64,000 bases of DNA from an uncultured Chloroflexia bacterium (GCA_963709535.1 CAVPWY010000019.1:19057-83056); one strand, 5' to 3'; positions 21,334 through 33,138 are shown, counted from the stretch's first letter. Program-made: numbers and translations. Notes: generated by a model from the letters alone, not told the origin.

Positions 21334-21933
21334 ATGGGAAAAGAAAAATACCATCACGGTGATCTGAAACAAGCGCTGATAGAGGCGGGAATGAAAATCC
21401 TCAGGGAAGAGGGAGTGAACGCACTCACCTTGCGCAGTGCAGCCCGGGCTGCAGGTGTCAGCCACTCAGCGCCATATTCCCATTTTAAAGATAAGCAGGC
21501 CTTGCTTGCTGCCATTTCGACCATGGGTTTTAACGATTTGCATGATCGGATAACGTCCACGGTATCACAGTTCCAGAATTCCCCGCATGATCTTTTGACA
21601 GAAACTGGCTGGACCTATATTCAGTTTGCAGTTTCTGAACCCAATTGTTTCAAGTTGATGTTCTCAGGTATCCTTGAAGATGATCACTCGTACCCTGAGT
21701 TCATGGAAGTAGTTCAGAAGACTTATCACAAGCTGGTCGAAGTCGTTGAGATTTGCCAGAAAGGGAAAGTCCTCAGCTCAGGACCACTGGAAGAAAGTGC
21801 AATTGCTGTTTGGAGCCTGGTGCACGGTTTTGTTTCTCTCTACCTTGAACAGCAGCTCCCTGGACGGGTATTGGAAAAATATCAACTGAAGAAATTGTTG
21901 ATCAATACGCTCCTTCAGCTTCAAACCATCTGA
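21334..21933 (+). CDS. TetR/AcrR family transcriptional regulator
   Basis: N-terminal HTH ALTLRSAARAAGVSHSAPYSHFKDKQALL; transcribed divergently from the aldolase, with about 80 bp between the two starts. Confidence 0.85.
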   Translation: MGKEKYHHGDLKQALIEAGMKILREEGVNALTLRSAARAAGVSHSAPYSHFKDKQALLAAISTMGFNDLHDRITSTVSQFQNSPHDLLTETGWTYIQFAVSEPNCFKLMFSGILEDDHSYPEFMEVVQKTYHKLVEVVEICQKGKVLSSGPLEESAIAVWSLVHGFVSLYLEQQLPGRVLEKYQLKKLLINTLLQLQTI

Positions 21934-22148
21934 TCAGTGTATTAAAGTGGATAAAATGAAAGGCTCTACTAATGGAGAGTTTGATCTTCATAGAGTTTTG
22001 AACTGTATAAGTTTGTCTTAAGTGAGCTAAAATGAATGTTAACGTTATGGTTCACATAAAGATAGCCGGCATGCAAATTATCTCAATTCAAGCTTGAAAC
22101 AAAAAGTCTCATGTTGATTGACCATTAATAATTTTCTAGGGAGGGCAC

Positions 22149-23477
22149 ATGGAAGGGGTTATGAATATTTATCAAATTCCATGGTTAATTGCCTCTGGAA
22201 TCACCTTCATCCTGGCTTTACTTATTATGTTTTGGATTGTTTTCAAAACAAAAGATGAAGAAAATATAGCCAATCTCAAGAAAACCAGCCTTGGACAAAA
22301 AATCTTGATGATATTACTAATATCGTTTGTGCCATCCTTTTTGTGTCTATTTGTTGGTTTATTTTTCTCAAACTCTCCGGGAAAACAGTCCCAAATTATG
22401 CCAACTGTTACGCAACCAGTCTTTGAATTTTCAGGGAAGCTATTACTTGACGGGTTTACTGAAGTGCTCCCCAAAGGGAATGAATTAACTTATATTGAAC
22501 ACAATATCCCAATATCAGGAATACCAGCACCAATAATTATATCGGCTGATGGAACTTTATTATTGACCACAAATGGAATAACAGGAACAGTTATTAATAC
22601 AGAAACCTGGCAATTTCAGGAAACCAGCATCGATGTAAATGAAAATTCAGTATTTTCTCCTGACAGTAAATTTCTGGCCACAGGGCTGGGAAATAAAATT
22701 ATGGTTGAAGATGTATCGACTGGCAAAGTTATCGAACTCTTCGTTTCAAAATGTAAAGATTATGGCATAGGAATTGTTGGATTGACCAGCGTATGTCTTG
22801 GTGTGGGAAATCCCACCTGGGTAGACTCAAATACTATTCTGTTTTCCCATTCGCCCGGGTTATTCGATCCAAAATTTGTTTTCCCGGAGGAAGTAAGCAT
22901 CACTCTGGATGATAATAAAGAAATACTATGGGAAGATGATGGCAAAATAACGGAAACCATCATGACACTCAGTGGAGAAATACTATTTCAAGAAATTATA
23001 TCAATATCCTCATCCCAAAATGAATGTTCAGGTGATGCCATCTATTGGCGGAGTAGAATTGACCTGGCGAAAGGTGACTTCAAGGTGAGGTGTGTTCCAA
23101 TTGCAGGTGATATTCAAAACAATACCGCTTTGTGGTATGGCAATAGGCCGGAAATAATTAATACTGTGATAAAAGACCAAAATCCATTGCTCTCTCCTGA
23201 CAAGAAATATGTACTCATCCCTCCGAATATTTTGATCGAATTGAATGATGGAGACGTAATTGACATTAATGGATCAAAACCAATCGACAGGGAGCATTAT
23301 TTTACTTCCTGCTTTTGGCATCCAGATTCCGAGCATTATGCTTGTACATACAGTGTTGGTATGCCAGATGGAAGCAACGCGGATAATAATTTTATCCGCA
23401 TCTATTCATTGCAAAGCAGGTCATACCTGGATTATCATACCGATAATTCAAATAAATTGATTGCCTGGTTGAAATGA
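22149..23477 (+). CDS. membrane-anchored beta-propeller-like protein (PD40/TolB-like repeats)
   Basis: GGGAGGG RBS; two N-terminal TM helices; repeated FSPDSKFLA-type motifs. Confidence 0.5.
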   Translation: MEGVMNIYQIPWLIASGITFILALLIMFWIVFKTKDEENIANLKKTSLGQKILMILLISFVPSFLCLFVGLFFSNSPGKQSQIMPTVTQPVFEFSGKLLLDGFTEVLPKGNELTYIEHNIPISGIPAPIIISADGTLLLTTNGITGTVINTETWQFQETSIDVNENSVFSPDSKFLATGLGNKIMVEDVSTGKVIELFVSKCKDYGIGIVGLTSVCLGVGNPTWVDSNTILFSHSPGLFDPKFVFPEEVSITLDDNKEILWEDDGKITETIMTLSGEILFQEIISISSSQNECSGDAIYWRSRIDLAKGDFKVRCVPIAGDIQNNTALWYGNRPEIINTVIKDQNPLLSPDKKYVLIPPNILIELNDGDVIDINGSKPIDREHYFTSCFWHPDSEHYACTYSVGMPDGSNADNNFIRIYSLQSRSYLDYHTDNSNKLIAWLK

Positions 23478-23623
23478 TTGATGAATACTTGATATTATTT
23501 TGCGCTCTATATTTTAATAATGAGTTTTGGTTACTTCCCGGTATATTTCTTGAATAAAAAACATCAAAGGTTACTTTGTTAGCCAAAAAACATTAATGTA
23601 ATTGATTGGAATAGGTCATTCAT

Positions 23624-24049
23624 ATGGGTGAAAATTACCAAATCGCTTTCGTTGATAGACCGGAAGAATCTGCCTGGAGGGTCATCGGGCAAGGTCTTCG
23701 CGACCACAACAAACAACTTGCAGGTGACGACAACTCACAAGGTTTATGCCTGGCGTTGTACTCTCCAATCAATGAAATTGTGGGGGGAGTGATAGCTGAA
23801 GTAAATTGGGATTGGTTGTTCATAAATGTGATGTGGGTAAAAGAAGAACTGCGGGGTAAAGGATATGGAAAAAATCTATTAATGCGTGTTGAAGAGGAAG
23901 CACGACAGCGGGGTGCAAAGAATTCATATCTGGACACTTTCAGTTTTCAAGCACCGGAGTTTTATAAAAGAAATGGATATCAGGTGTTTGGTGAACTGCA
24001 AGACTTTCCTCCCGGTCATCAGCGTTACTTTTTTACAAAACGCCTTTAG
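23624..24049 (+). CDS. GNAT family N-acetyltransferase
   Basis: RGKGYGKNLLMRVEEEARQRGA...GYQVFGEL. Confidence 0.8.
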   Translation: MGENYQIAFVDRPEESAWRVIGQGLRDHNKQLAGDDNSQGLCLALYSPINEIVGGVIAEVNWDWLFINVMWVKEELRGKGYGKNLLMRVEEEARQRGAKNSYLDTFSFQAPEFYKRNGYQVFGELQDFPPGHQRYFFTKRL

Positions 24050-24208
24050 GAGGTTTTGTATGAAGGTTGACTTGGGAGAGGGTCTTGCTTTTATGCATAA
24101 TTGCTTTATCAAATTGATCAGGATGCGCTTGGTAATTTCGAACGTATTTATTATTAATGATCCTTTCTAACCTAATATTGCCTGGATGAAAACGTTAAGC
24201 TACCACTC

Positions 24209-24940
24209 ATGAATATACACTTCCTGAACTGCTTTACATGCAACGCCCGGATACCCAGCAGTTGGCGCACCGGCACCCTTTGCATACTTGTGGAGACCAG
24301 GCAGGGACTTGTGCTTATAGACACCGGACCAGGCACACAAGACTATATTCATCCGCCAGGAATTCTTCGAATGTTCCAGGTGATCACTAAAGTCCCTATG
24401 GATACTAATGAAGCCGCCATCCGACAACTCTCCCGTTTGGGGTATAAACCGGAAGATCTGAAACATATCATTCTGACCCATATGCATTTCGATCATTGTG
24501 GCGGCATAAGTGATTTTCCCGATGCAACCATCCATGTAAATCAAACTGAATATGAAGCATTCATCGGCAAGCCGAAGCAGTTTACTGATCTGGCTTATGT
24601 GCATCGGCATGTTGCACATCACCCAAAGCTGACTTTATACTCCAATCAGGGCGAAACCTGGTTCGATTTGCCAGCCATCCGGCTACCCTTTCAACCTGAA
24701 ATGTGGTTGGTACCACTTTACGGCCATACCCGTGGACACTGCGGGGTAGCCATTCGCACGGATGACGTCTGGCTCTTCCATGTGGCAGATGCGGCTCCCA
24801 TTGGTCTCGAGGATTATGCGCCGGAATGGTTGGTCAGGTCAGTTCTGGGTCCGCTAACAGATGATCTACGTGCTTTCTGCTGCAGAACATCCAGAGATTC
24901 GGATCACTACCGGTCACATGTGGCTGGATTTCTTCGCTGA
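24209..24940 (+). CDS. MBL-fold metallo-hydrolase
   Basis: HIILTHMHFDHCGG, the HxHxDH metallo-beta-lactamase motif. Confidence 0.8.
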   Translation: MNIHFLNCFTCNARIPSSWRTGTLCILVETRQGLVLIDTGPGTQDYIHPPGILRMFQVITKVPMDTNEAAIRQLSRLGYKPEDLKHIILTHMHFDHCGGISDFPDATIHVNQTEYEAFIGKPKQFTDLAYVHRHVAHHPKLTLYSNQGETWFDLPAIRLPFQPEMWLVPLYGHTRGHCGVAIRTDDVWLFHVADAAPIGLEDYAPEWLVRSVLGPLTDDLRAFCCRTSRDSDHYRSHVAGFLR

Positions 24941-25249
24941 TAAAAATAATTAAAATCGTAGAAAGGAATCAGATAAATTTCAATTCCATGGTATTGGTAT
25001 ACACCAATACCTATTATTTCCACTTACCTCATTGCGGTAACTGATTTCAACGAAAAGATTTACAAAATAACAATTCAAACTGGGTATACCGATGATTTTT
25101 CTTGTTATTGAACCAACAGCAAGTTATGTGGATTTGGTATAAAAACACAAGCCGTATGGAAACCGTAGGCTTCCTGTACGATTACCATTAAGCAGCCGGG
25201 AAATAAATCTGTTACAAATGGACTATTCTCACACTGAAAGGATCTACTT

Positions 25250-25720
25250 GATGAAGTACAACACTACTCATCCTTGCTCTATTAATGACATTTGGTATTG
25301 CTGCCTGTGCAAAGAATCCTGCTCCAGTTCAGGTCTCTCCTACCACTCCTCAGACTGCAAACGTATCCATCCACCGTGAATCAGGTTATTAATACGAAAA
25401 TGGGACAGCTCACCATTTCATCTGCCCGTATCGTAGATGAAGTCAACGGTGACAAACCCGGTCCCGGGGAAAAGATTCTCTTAATCATATTGGCAGGTCC
25501 TGGTGGGGAAGCTCTAGACACAACAGCTTTTTCACTTGAGGAATTCCAAAAAATAATTCCTGATTCAAACCAGGGAACGATCCATATTCTGGGAGATGAT
25601 GGATCAGAGACAATATCAACCATGGCAGGTTGGGTGAGTCCAGAGTACAAGGAATTTGCCATCGGATTTCGCATTCCGAGACTCCCTCAACACCTATCAG
25701 TTAGTTTGGCCTGGAAATGA
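25250..25720 (+). CDS. lipoprotein, unknown function (apparently two frameshifts)
   Basis: ATG at 25250 (MKYNTT), then a lipobox signal LLILALLMTFGIAAC in the +1 frame, then the body in ORF 25292..25720. Confidence 0.45.
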
Positions 25721-25995
25721 TCCTATTGATATCATTCCTGAAGGCTAATCACTTGATTTGAATTGATTCATCCGAACGATCTATCAATACAGCTGCAAAT
25801 TCTTTATTTCCTTTTTCCTCCCGGGATGGTTTATTACGAAATCGGAAAAGTTGGCACCAGGGCTGTGCCTCCATCCTAACTTTCTAATGTTATACAGTCG
25901 AATTGCTGCGTTCCTGGAATCCGTATAATGAGTTTATACAGGTATCTAGAAATGCAATATAGAAAAATCGGGACTATGAAAAAAGGAAAAGGGAA

Positions 25996-26569
25996 ATGAG
26001 AAAATTAAAACTACAAGTACAGATGACAATTGACGGTTTCATCGCCGGGCCAAATGGCGAAATGGACTGGACGAACATAAACTGGGGCGATGACATAAAT
26101 GATTATGTCACCAATATTACGGAACCAATCGACACCATTGTTTTAGGCAGAAAACTTGCCGAAGGATTTATTCCTCACTGGGCAGGTGTAGCTGCTAATC
26201 CGAATGATCCGGAAGTATACTTCTGGCAGGAAGTTTACAGATACACCTAAAGTCGTTTTTTCCAAATCGCTTGAAAAGTCTAAATGGGAGAATACGGTTT
26301 TGGCGAAAGGTGACCTTGTAGATGAGATCAAGAAACTGAAAAATCAAACTGGTAAAGATATTATGGCCTACGGTGGTGCAACTTTTGTATCGGCATTAAT
26401 TAAAAACAGATTGATTGATGAATACCATTTATTTATTAATCCAACAGCAATTGGGAACGGAATGTCTATATTCAAAGAATTGAATGTCAACCAAAACCTG
26501 ACATTGGTTAATTCGAGATCGTTTGATTGCGGGATAGTCGTTCTGAAATATGTACTGAAACAGGACTAG
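25996..26569 (+). CDS. dihydrofolate reductase-family protein (RibD C-terminal domain-like), frameshifted near 26210
   Basis: MTIDGFIAGPNGEMDW...IVLGRKLAEGF (ORF 25996..26250) plus DIMAYGGATFVSALIKNRLIDEYHLFINPTAIGNG (ORF 26204..26569). Confidence 0.7.
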
Positions 26570-26729
26570 GACAGTGATAAACAGAGAACATTTGTATACT
26601 CGTGCATAAATAGGCAGATATCTCACGCAAAATGAGTTATGGAATAGTCAATGATCTTTTCAGAGAACCAGCTTGAACTCATCTGAAGCAAGGAAATAGT
26701 ATTAACTACATAGTAAAAAGGAGATTCAC

Positions 26730-27388
26730 ATGATACATTCTCAACCTGAAGGTTTTCTCGCCATTCCACGCGTTGGTAAAGGACCCGGAGTATTGGTCCT
26801 GCATGCCTGGTGGGGATTGAACGACACGATCAAAGCCTTCTGTACGCGCCTGGCAGATTCCGGTTTCGTGGCCTTTGCTCCGGACCTCTATCATGGCAAG
26901 ATTGCAGATACCATTGCTGATGCTGAAAAGTTAAGTACTGCTCTCGACGCTGACCAGGCAAAAGTCAGGGCAGAATATTGCTGAAGCAAAAAAATTCCTC
27001 ATCGAACATGCCGGCCAGACCTCCAGTGACCTTGCAGTGATTGGCTTCTCGCTGGGTGCCTATTATGCGCTGGACCTCGCGGCCACTAGACCCTGAGAAC
27101 ATCAGTTCCGTCGTTGTCTTTTACGGGACCGGTCCTGTTGACTTCAGCAGATCGAAAGCAGCCTTCCTCGGTCACTTTGCCGAAAAGGATGAGTATGAGC
27201 CGCAATCGAATGTTGACAACCTCGAAGCTGCCTTGCGGAAGGCTGGCCGGCCGGTGACCCTTTATCAATATCCTGATACTGGACACTGGTTCTTTGAACC
27301 AGACCGAGTGCAGGCATATAATCAGGAGGCGGCGAACCTGGCCTGGGAGCGAACATTGGCTTTCCTGAAACGATCCTCACCTATATGA
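26730..27388 (+). CDS. dienelactone hydrolase-family protein, frameshifted
   Basis: PGVLVLHAWWGLND...GFVAFAPDLYHG lies in ORF 26730..26984. The nucleophile elbow GFSLGA lies in the intervening frame. The C-terminus with HWFFE is in ORF 27041..27388. Confidence 0.75.
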
Positions 27389-27518
27389 GGTTTGCACACC
27401 TTCCCATGCTGCGGGGTGGACCTGACGAATATATACTGAAAATTCGGCTGGGTAGATTAACATTAAATTATGATAAATAATTCCTGACAATTTTCCGGTT
27501 AAGAAATATTTCAGCATT

Positions 27519-27552
27519 CCGATAGTCCTCCCAAATGGGAGGACTATTTTGG
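27519..27552 (+). terminator. rho-independent terminator
   Basis: Perfect stem tagtcctccc-aaat-gggaggacta followed by TTTTGG. Confidence 0.6.
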
Positions 27553-27579
27553 TTGAATGAATATGGACTAACACTGAAC

Positions 27580-27798
27580 CTACTCAATAATTAAAGTTAA
27601 ATATAGTTCTTCAACTTTCTTCCGTGCCCAGGATGTTCGCCGCAGAAATTTCAAGCTGGATTGGACACTCGGCTCATTATAAAAACATCGGATTGGGATG
27701 CGCTTTGATAGCTCGACCCAGCCGTATTCCTGGATCAAACGAGTGAGTATCATTTCGAGGGTAACACCATGCAAGGGGTCATTCGGGTGTGGGTTCAA
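27580..27798 (-). CDS. small conserved protein, DUF2132/VF530-like
   Basis: 72-aa ORF with [15 protein letters not shown]...[21 protein letters not shown]; family assignment from memory. Confidence 0.55.
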   Translation of the reverse strand: MNPHPNDPLHGVTLEMILTRLIQEYGWVELSKRIPIRCFYNEPSVQSSLKFLRRTSWARKKVEELYLTLIIE

Positions 27799-28136
27799 TT
27801 ATAGTTTAATTCCTGATCATAGCGTAGAGTAATTATACTCTGGCAATTATCTTCACTGAAGATCCATTTAGGTGAATTGATAAATAGAGGATCTGGGTCC
27901 TTGAAAGTCACATTCTTTATTTACTAAGAGAAGATGGTTCAGTTCATCGCTATGAGTAGCATTCGATCGAGAAATAAGTATTGTTTTAATAACTCCAGTA
28001 ACCTGACAATAAAGCCAGAGGCATCGCACCCACATGTCGTCAAATAAACATGGTCATTAGGGATTAAGCAGGATTGAATAACGCATCCTTGGAAGCTTTA
28101 TTAAATTGATGTGATTCAATAGTCTCTATTGAACGA

Positions 28137-30216
28137 TTATAGTTGAAGCAAAACTGGATTGTCCTTTAAGAACATTTCCATAACAGTATCAGGGGCAACA
28201 CCTTTTCCCAAATAAAACCCCTGAACCAGGTCACAATCGATCCTACCCAGGATGGCGAGCTGATCTTCCGTTTCAACCCCTTCAGCAATTACGTTCAAAT
28301 GCAGCTGATGAGCCATTGTAATGATCGCAGCCACGATCGCTGAGTCAGTTTGCCTGATCTCGTTAATAAAGGAACGGTCGATCTTAATAGTATTAGTCGG
28401 AATGTTACGAATATGATCGAGTGAAGAATAACCACTACCAAAGTCATCAATGGAAATCGACACACCCATTTTCTGCAATTCAACCAAAATACCAGAAGCT
28501 TTCTCGACATTTCGCATGGCAACTGATTCGGTCAGCTCAAGCTCAAGCAGGAATGGATCGAAGCCGGTTTCAGCTAAAGCTTTTTGAACGATCTGAACCA
28601 GATTTTTATCGTTAAATTGAAGTGCAGATAGGTTAACAGCCATCCTGATGGGTATTCCGGTAATTTTCTGCCATGTATGAGCCTGACTACACGCGGTAAT
28701 TAATACCCATTCCCCAAGGGGGACAATGAGGCCGCATTCTTCTGCGATATGGATGAATTCAGCCGGGAGCAACAATCCTCGCACAGGATGGTTCCACCGA
28801 ACGAGTGCTTCAAAACCGACCAACTTCAATGGCTTTACGGTGCATATCTTTTGATAATGCACTATAAATTCATTGTTATTTAACGCATGTCGGATTTCAG
28901 CTTCCAATTGAAGCCGATACACCGAGCGTTCATGCATACTCACATCGAATAGTTCGTAGCGCCCCCTGCCATTGTTTTTCGCATGATACATGGCAGTATC
29001 TACGTCTCGTGAGTAAGTCCTCAAGGTTTTGATACTGACTCGAAAGAAAACCAATCCCAATACTGGCACTGGTAATAATTTCCTGACCTTTGATACTGAA
29101 CGGTTTTTGTAATACTACCAGAATTCTTTCCGCTACAAGGGTCGCATCTGCTTCGTGCTGGATTCGACTGAGTAATATGGCAAATTCGTCTCCTCCAAAG
29201 CGTGCGACAGTGTCTCCCGGGCGTATACAAAGTTTCAATCTTTGAGCAAGCTCACATAACAGCTCGTCCCCGCTCGCATGACCGAGGCTGTCATTCACTA
29301 TTTTAAAATGGTCGATGTCCAAAAACAAGACCGCAGCGGATTTTTCTCTCAGGCTCCGGGTATGTGCAATGACATTCTTCAAACGTTCCAGAAATAAAAC
29401 CCGGTTAGGAAGGTGGGTCAACTCATCATGAAGAGCCCGTTGTGCCAATTGTTCTTCGATTTCTTTCCGCTTGGTGATATCTGCTTGTGAACCTGCAAGA
29501 TGGTAAGGCTTTTTTTGTTCATCGAAAAGGGCCAGTCCACTGCAGTGCATCCAGTGGTAACTTCCATCTTGATGCCTCACCCGATATTCACATTCAAGCC
29601 GTGGAGTAAACCCATGAAGGTGATCTAAAATGGCTAAATTTAACTGCGCGACATCTTCCGAGTGAACCCGGTCAAACCATCCTTGAGGGGTGGAAATGGA
29701 TTGATCATCAGGCAAGCCAAGCATGGTGTACCAGCGCGGGGAACAATAAAATACACCACTGTTCAGGTTCCAATCCCAAATTCCTTCATTCGCTGCACTG
29801 GTAGCTAAAGTATAACGTTGTTCACTTTCGCGCAGCTTCTTCTCCATGTTATGTTTGTAAATGCTGATTTCAATAGCCGAACGCAGATCACGATCATTGA
29901 TCGAAATAGGTATATTACCGAAGACCTCAGTCATGGTCTCTTTTTTTACATTAGTCTCGTCGGTTGGGGAGGTTATGTAAATCACCGGAATATCTTGAGT
30001 TTCATTAATTATCGCTCCGGTTTCAATACCATTCATCGGTCCCTTGACTTTGATATCCAGCAAAATGATGTCTGGATGGAATTTTCCTGCGTACTCGATC
30101 GCTTCTTCACTGGATGCTGCATGGGCTACGACATCGTAACCCATTGATTTAAGGCGCACTTGAAGATTTTTGGATACAGATATTTCATCTCCCACTAGCA
30201 AGACCCGATTGGCCAT
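28137..30216 (-). CDS. response-regulator receiver-PAS-GGDEF-EAL signalling protein (c-di-GMP turnover), frameshifted in 28930..29069
   Basis: ORF 28930..30216 has a REC domain (LLVGDE...ILLDIKV with phospho-acceptor Asp), a PAS domain and GGDEF (RFGGDEF). ORF 28137..29069 has an EAL domain (FEALVRW...DDFGSGYSSL). Confidence 0.85.
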
Positions 30217-30546
30217 TGTTATCTTTCATCCCTTCGTGTTTTTGGCATCGTAGGTATCGATACAATATGTGTGCCAGGAGTGTTTTTCATATACAGCTTA
30301 ATCAGGAAAACAACTTGTCTTTTCTGATAAGGGTTTGTGAAAATATAAATACCCTAATGGCTGTCAAACAAGGGAATATATTTTCACCAGGATCAATTCC
30401 TAATATCCTGGCAGTTAAGACCATACGCAAATCACAACCAGATTGTCCTCAAGTCGCTCTATAATAAATATATGGATTGATTCAAAATCTAAATATTGCC
30501 TATTTTCATGCGCATTATAATAATCAAACAAGAACAGGAGGGTTCC

Positions 30547-30909
30547 ATGCTGTATTACGAAATTGAACTCGAAATATATGAAGGTAGTGGCGGACAACTT
30601 CGTACAGATGGGACTTTTCCGGAATTCGTAAAGGAAGGCATTTGTCCATGGATGTATGGGCGTCTTCAAGTCGGTCAAAAATTTCACTATCCGGACGACA
30701 TGGGTGAATTATGCCCCTGGCTGCTGGATAGTATGACCGGGATGATCCGCGCACTCGAAAATGGTGGGACGCTTTCCTGGAAGTATAAAGGAACACCTTA
30801 TGAAAAAGTTATCGACCCTGAAGGTGTGACGACAGAATTCGTGCGTTGCCCTGACCCCACTGCCTCCGGAATTGTGATCAAGGTAACCCGAACCGCTATA
30901 CAAGAATGA
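30547..30909 (+). CDS. TIGR04076-like small Cys-rich protein
   Basis: EGICPWMYGRLQ...ELCPWLLDSMTGMIRALENGGTLSW...FVRCPDP pattern. Start at the ATG at 30547 (MLYYEIE) after AGGAGGG. Confidence 0.55.
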   Translation: MLYYEIELEIYEGSGGQLRTDGTFPEFVKEGICPWMYGRLQVGQKFHYPDDMGELCPWLLDSMTGMIRALENGGTLSWKYKGTPYEKVIDPEGVTTEFVRCPDPTASGIVIKVTRTAIQE

Positions 30910-30943
30910 AGATCAGGCGAAATTAATTGTCTATTCAATTAGC

Positions 30944-30980
30944 AAAAAACCCCAAAGTTAGTAACTTTTGGGGTTTTTTA
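30944..30980. terminator. bidirectional rho-independent terminator
   Basis: aaaaaaccccaaag-ttagtaac-ctttggggtttttt, with A and T tracts on either side; lies between convergent genes ending at 30909 and 30998. Confidence 0.75.
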
Positions 30981-30997
30981 ATATTTCTAATTTTCAA

Positions 30998-33004
30998 TTA
31001 AGCTGGTTTTCCACCGGGTGCTTCAGGTTTTGGCGTTTCAGCTTTTTCTTTTATTGTTTTCATGGATTCACGAATCTCATTACGAAGCATCTCAATATCC
31101 GGGTTTGGTTTTCGGTCCGGTTGTTTGGTTACTTCCACACCCAGCTTGTCTGAGAGCAGCAGGGTTAATAAGCCTTCCATAATATTACTGCCGGCAGCAT
31201 TTCCGCCTTCTCCTCCACTTGTCACCACAACCTTTGGAACGACATCCACTTTAGCTTGTTGGATGGCATCAGCGAAACGATACATCACCTGCTGGGTCAC
31301 CTGATACTGCGGTCCACCATAGGCAGCAACCTGTTCCTCGGTGGCGATAGCCTGGGCGATACCCATTCGGGCGATCTTCTCTGATTCCGCCTGTGCCAGT
31401 GTTCGGATCTGGGCTGCTTGCTGCTGTGCACGTTGATATTCTGCTTTACCTTGGTTGGTCTGGACAGTAATGCTTAACTCCGACTCTGTGATGTTACGTT
31501 GTTGTTCTGCACGCGCCTGGGTTTCCCTGAGTTCGCGTTCTTTGGCAGCTGCAACCTCCTGGCGGGCATACGTTTCGATCTGCTCCACGGCTATCTGGCG
31601 GGATCGCAGTTGATTCAGGATCATTTCGATCTGCTTATCCTCACTGGGTGAAGTAGGAGTACCGATCAGAACCTCTTCTAATTCCAGATTATAGTGTGCA
31701 AACTTTTCCTTCATTTCCTGGCTTGCTATCTTTTGAATCTCATTACGTTCCTGCAATAGTTGGATAATGGTTCGGGTTTGTCCAACATTTTTAAAGTATG
31801 CAGATACCATGGGGTCAAGGGTCTGTTCCACCAGCTTCTTCACATCCCCAAATCGTTGAATAACCAATGGGGCTTTCTGATAATCGATATGGATAACAAC
31901 CGATAAAGGCAGAGATGGTTCAAAGGCGTCCTTGGTGATCAGGGATACTTCGGTCAGGTTCTCGTCAAATCGATGTGCCCCGGTTTCCGTGCTGATCCAC
32001 TTCAGGATAATGTTGGTGGTGGGAACCATGACAACATTCCCAGCGTAGGTATTGAACGCGTATTTTCCGGGTAGCAACGGTTCATTCCACACACCACGAT
32101 TGCCTCGTGAAACAAGTTCACCATGCCGATAGTCCAGGCCAGACAGGTCAGTACCTCTAGTGCCTGTATACGAAACTACGACTCCAACCCACCCCACCTC
32201 AACAATAGTCTTGGGGATTTTTTCTACAGTAGCAAACAGGCAGTTAAGGTAATATGTACCTTCGACCAATACCTGCAGCTGTCTTCCCCGTCTTCCACCG
32301 GCTGTGATGAACCGGTCAGGCATCTGGAAATTATTATGATATGTTTCCGGATTATTGGCATCCTCGCCAACGATGGAGGCGATGATCTCGCCATCCCCAA
32401 GAGAAGGACCGTCATGGATGGTAACGATGCCGGCTAGGTCATCCGAATCCTTAATGACCATCGGGCTGAATCCTTCTCGTTGGATGATGATCTCTGCCAT
32501 GGTACGGATCGCAGAATCATCGTCTTTACTGAGAGGCAGGAAGTATGTCTTCCCCAATGTGATAACCACGAATTGGGCAAGGTTAATGGCGTATGTACCT
32601 TCACGCAGAATTTGACGCTGAGGTCCACGCTGGCCGCCGTTATTCAGAAATTTTACCACATCTTGAAAGTCATCCGCTTTCAGGTTGGAAGCCAGAACCT
32701 GCATGGCGCTTAGCTGCCCACCATCACGGGCATATACATAGCCAATCTTTCCCTGCGGGATGGTTACCAGCGGTTCGATATGGACTCTATACTGGAACGG
32801 TACCAGGTAATGGATACCACCTCGAAGGACATTCGGTTGGAAACCCGCCTCTCCCTGGAGAGCAATGAACCCGCCCTTTAATGATTTTGATCCAAATACT
32901 TTTTCTACGATCCCGATCCTATTGTTGGGGATAAACCGAATTCCCGAGATGAGGATTATTACGGCAATGGCAACGATTAACCCAAAAATCAATTGTAGCA
33001 ACAT
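30998..33004 (-). CDS. flotillin-like SPFH/band-7 domain protein (YqiK-type)
   Basis: 668 aa; N-terminal TM helix, SPFH domain and a long Ala/Glu/Gln-rich coiled-coil tail (EAQARAEQQRNITESELS...). Confidence 0.85.
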   Translation of the reverse strand: MLLQLIFGLIVAIAVIILISGIRFIPNNRIGIVEKVFGSKSLKGGFIALQGEAGFQPNVLRGGIHYLVPFQYRVHIEPLVTIPQGKIGYVYARDGGQLSAMQVLASNLKADDFQDVVKFLNNGGQRGPQRQILREGTYAINLAQFVVITLGKTYFLPLSKDDDSAIRTMAEIIIQREGFSPMVIKDSDDLAGIVTIHDGPSLGDGEIIASIVGEDANNPETYHNNFQMPDRFITAGGRRGRQLQVLVEGTYYLNCLFATVEKIPKTIVEVGWVGVVVSYTGTRGTDLSGLDYRHGELVSRGNRGVWNEPLLPGKYAFNTYAGNVVMVPTTNIILKWISTETGAHRFDENLTEVSLITKDAFEPSLPLSVVIHIDYQKAPLVIQRFGDVKKLVEQTLDPMVSAYFKNVGQTRTIIQLLQERNEIQKIASQEMKEKFAHYNLELEEVLIGTPTSPSEDKQIEMILNQLRSRQIAVEQIETYARQEVAAAKERELRETQARAEQQRNITESELSITVQTNQGKAEYQRAQQQAAQIRTLAQAESEKIARMGIAQAIATEEQVAAYGGPQYQVTQQVMYRFADAIQQAKVDVVPKVVVTSGGEGGNAAGSNIMEGLLTLLLSDKLGVEVTKQPDRKPNPDIEMLRNEIRESMKTIKEKAETPKPEAPGGKPA

Positions 33005-33138
33005 AGAAAGCTCCTTTGTTTAAGTGTCTCTACATATATCTACGTAAATAATATAATTCTGGTTCTAAGTATAGAGTGATAAATTATTTATGACAAATCA
33101 GGAGCCTGTGGTCGAGGTTGCTTCCTACTACTTCTCCC

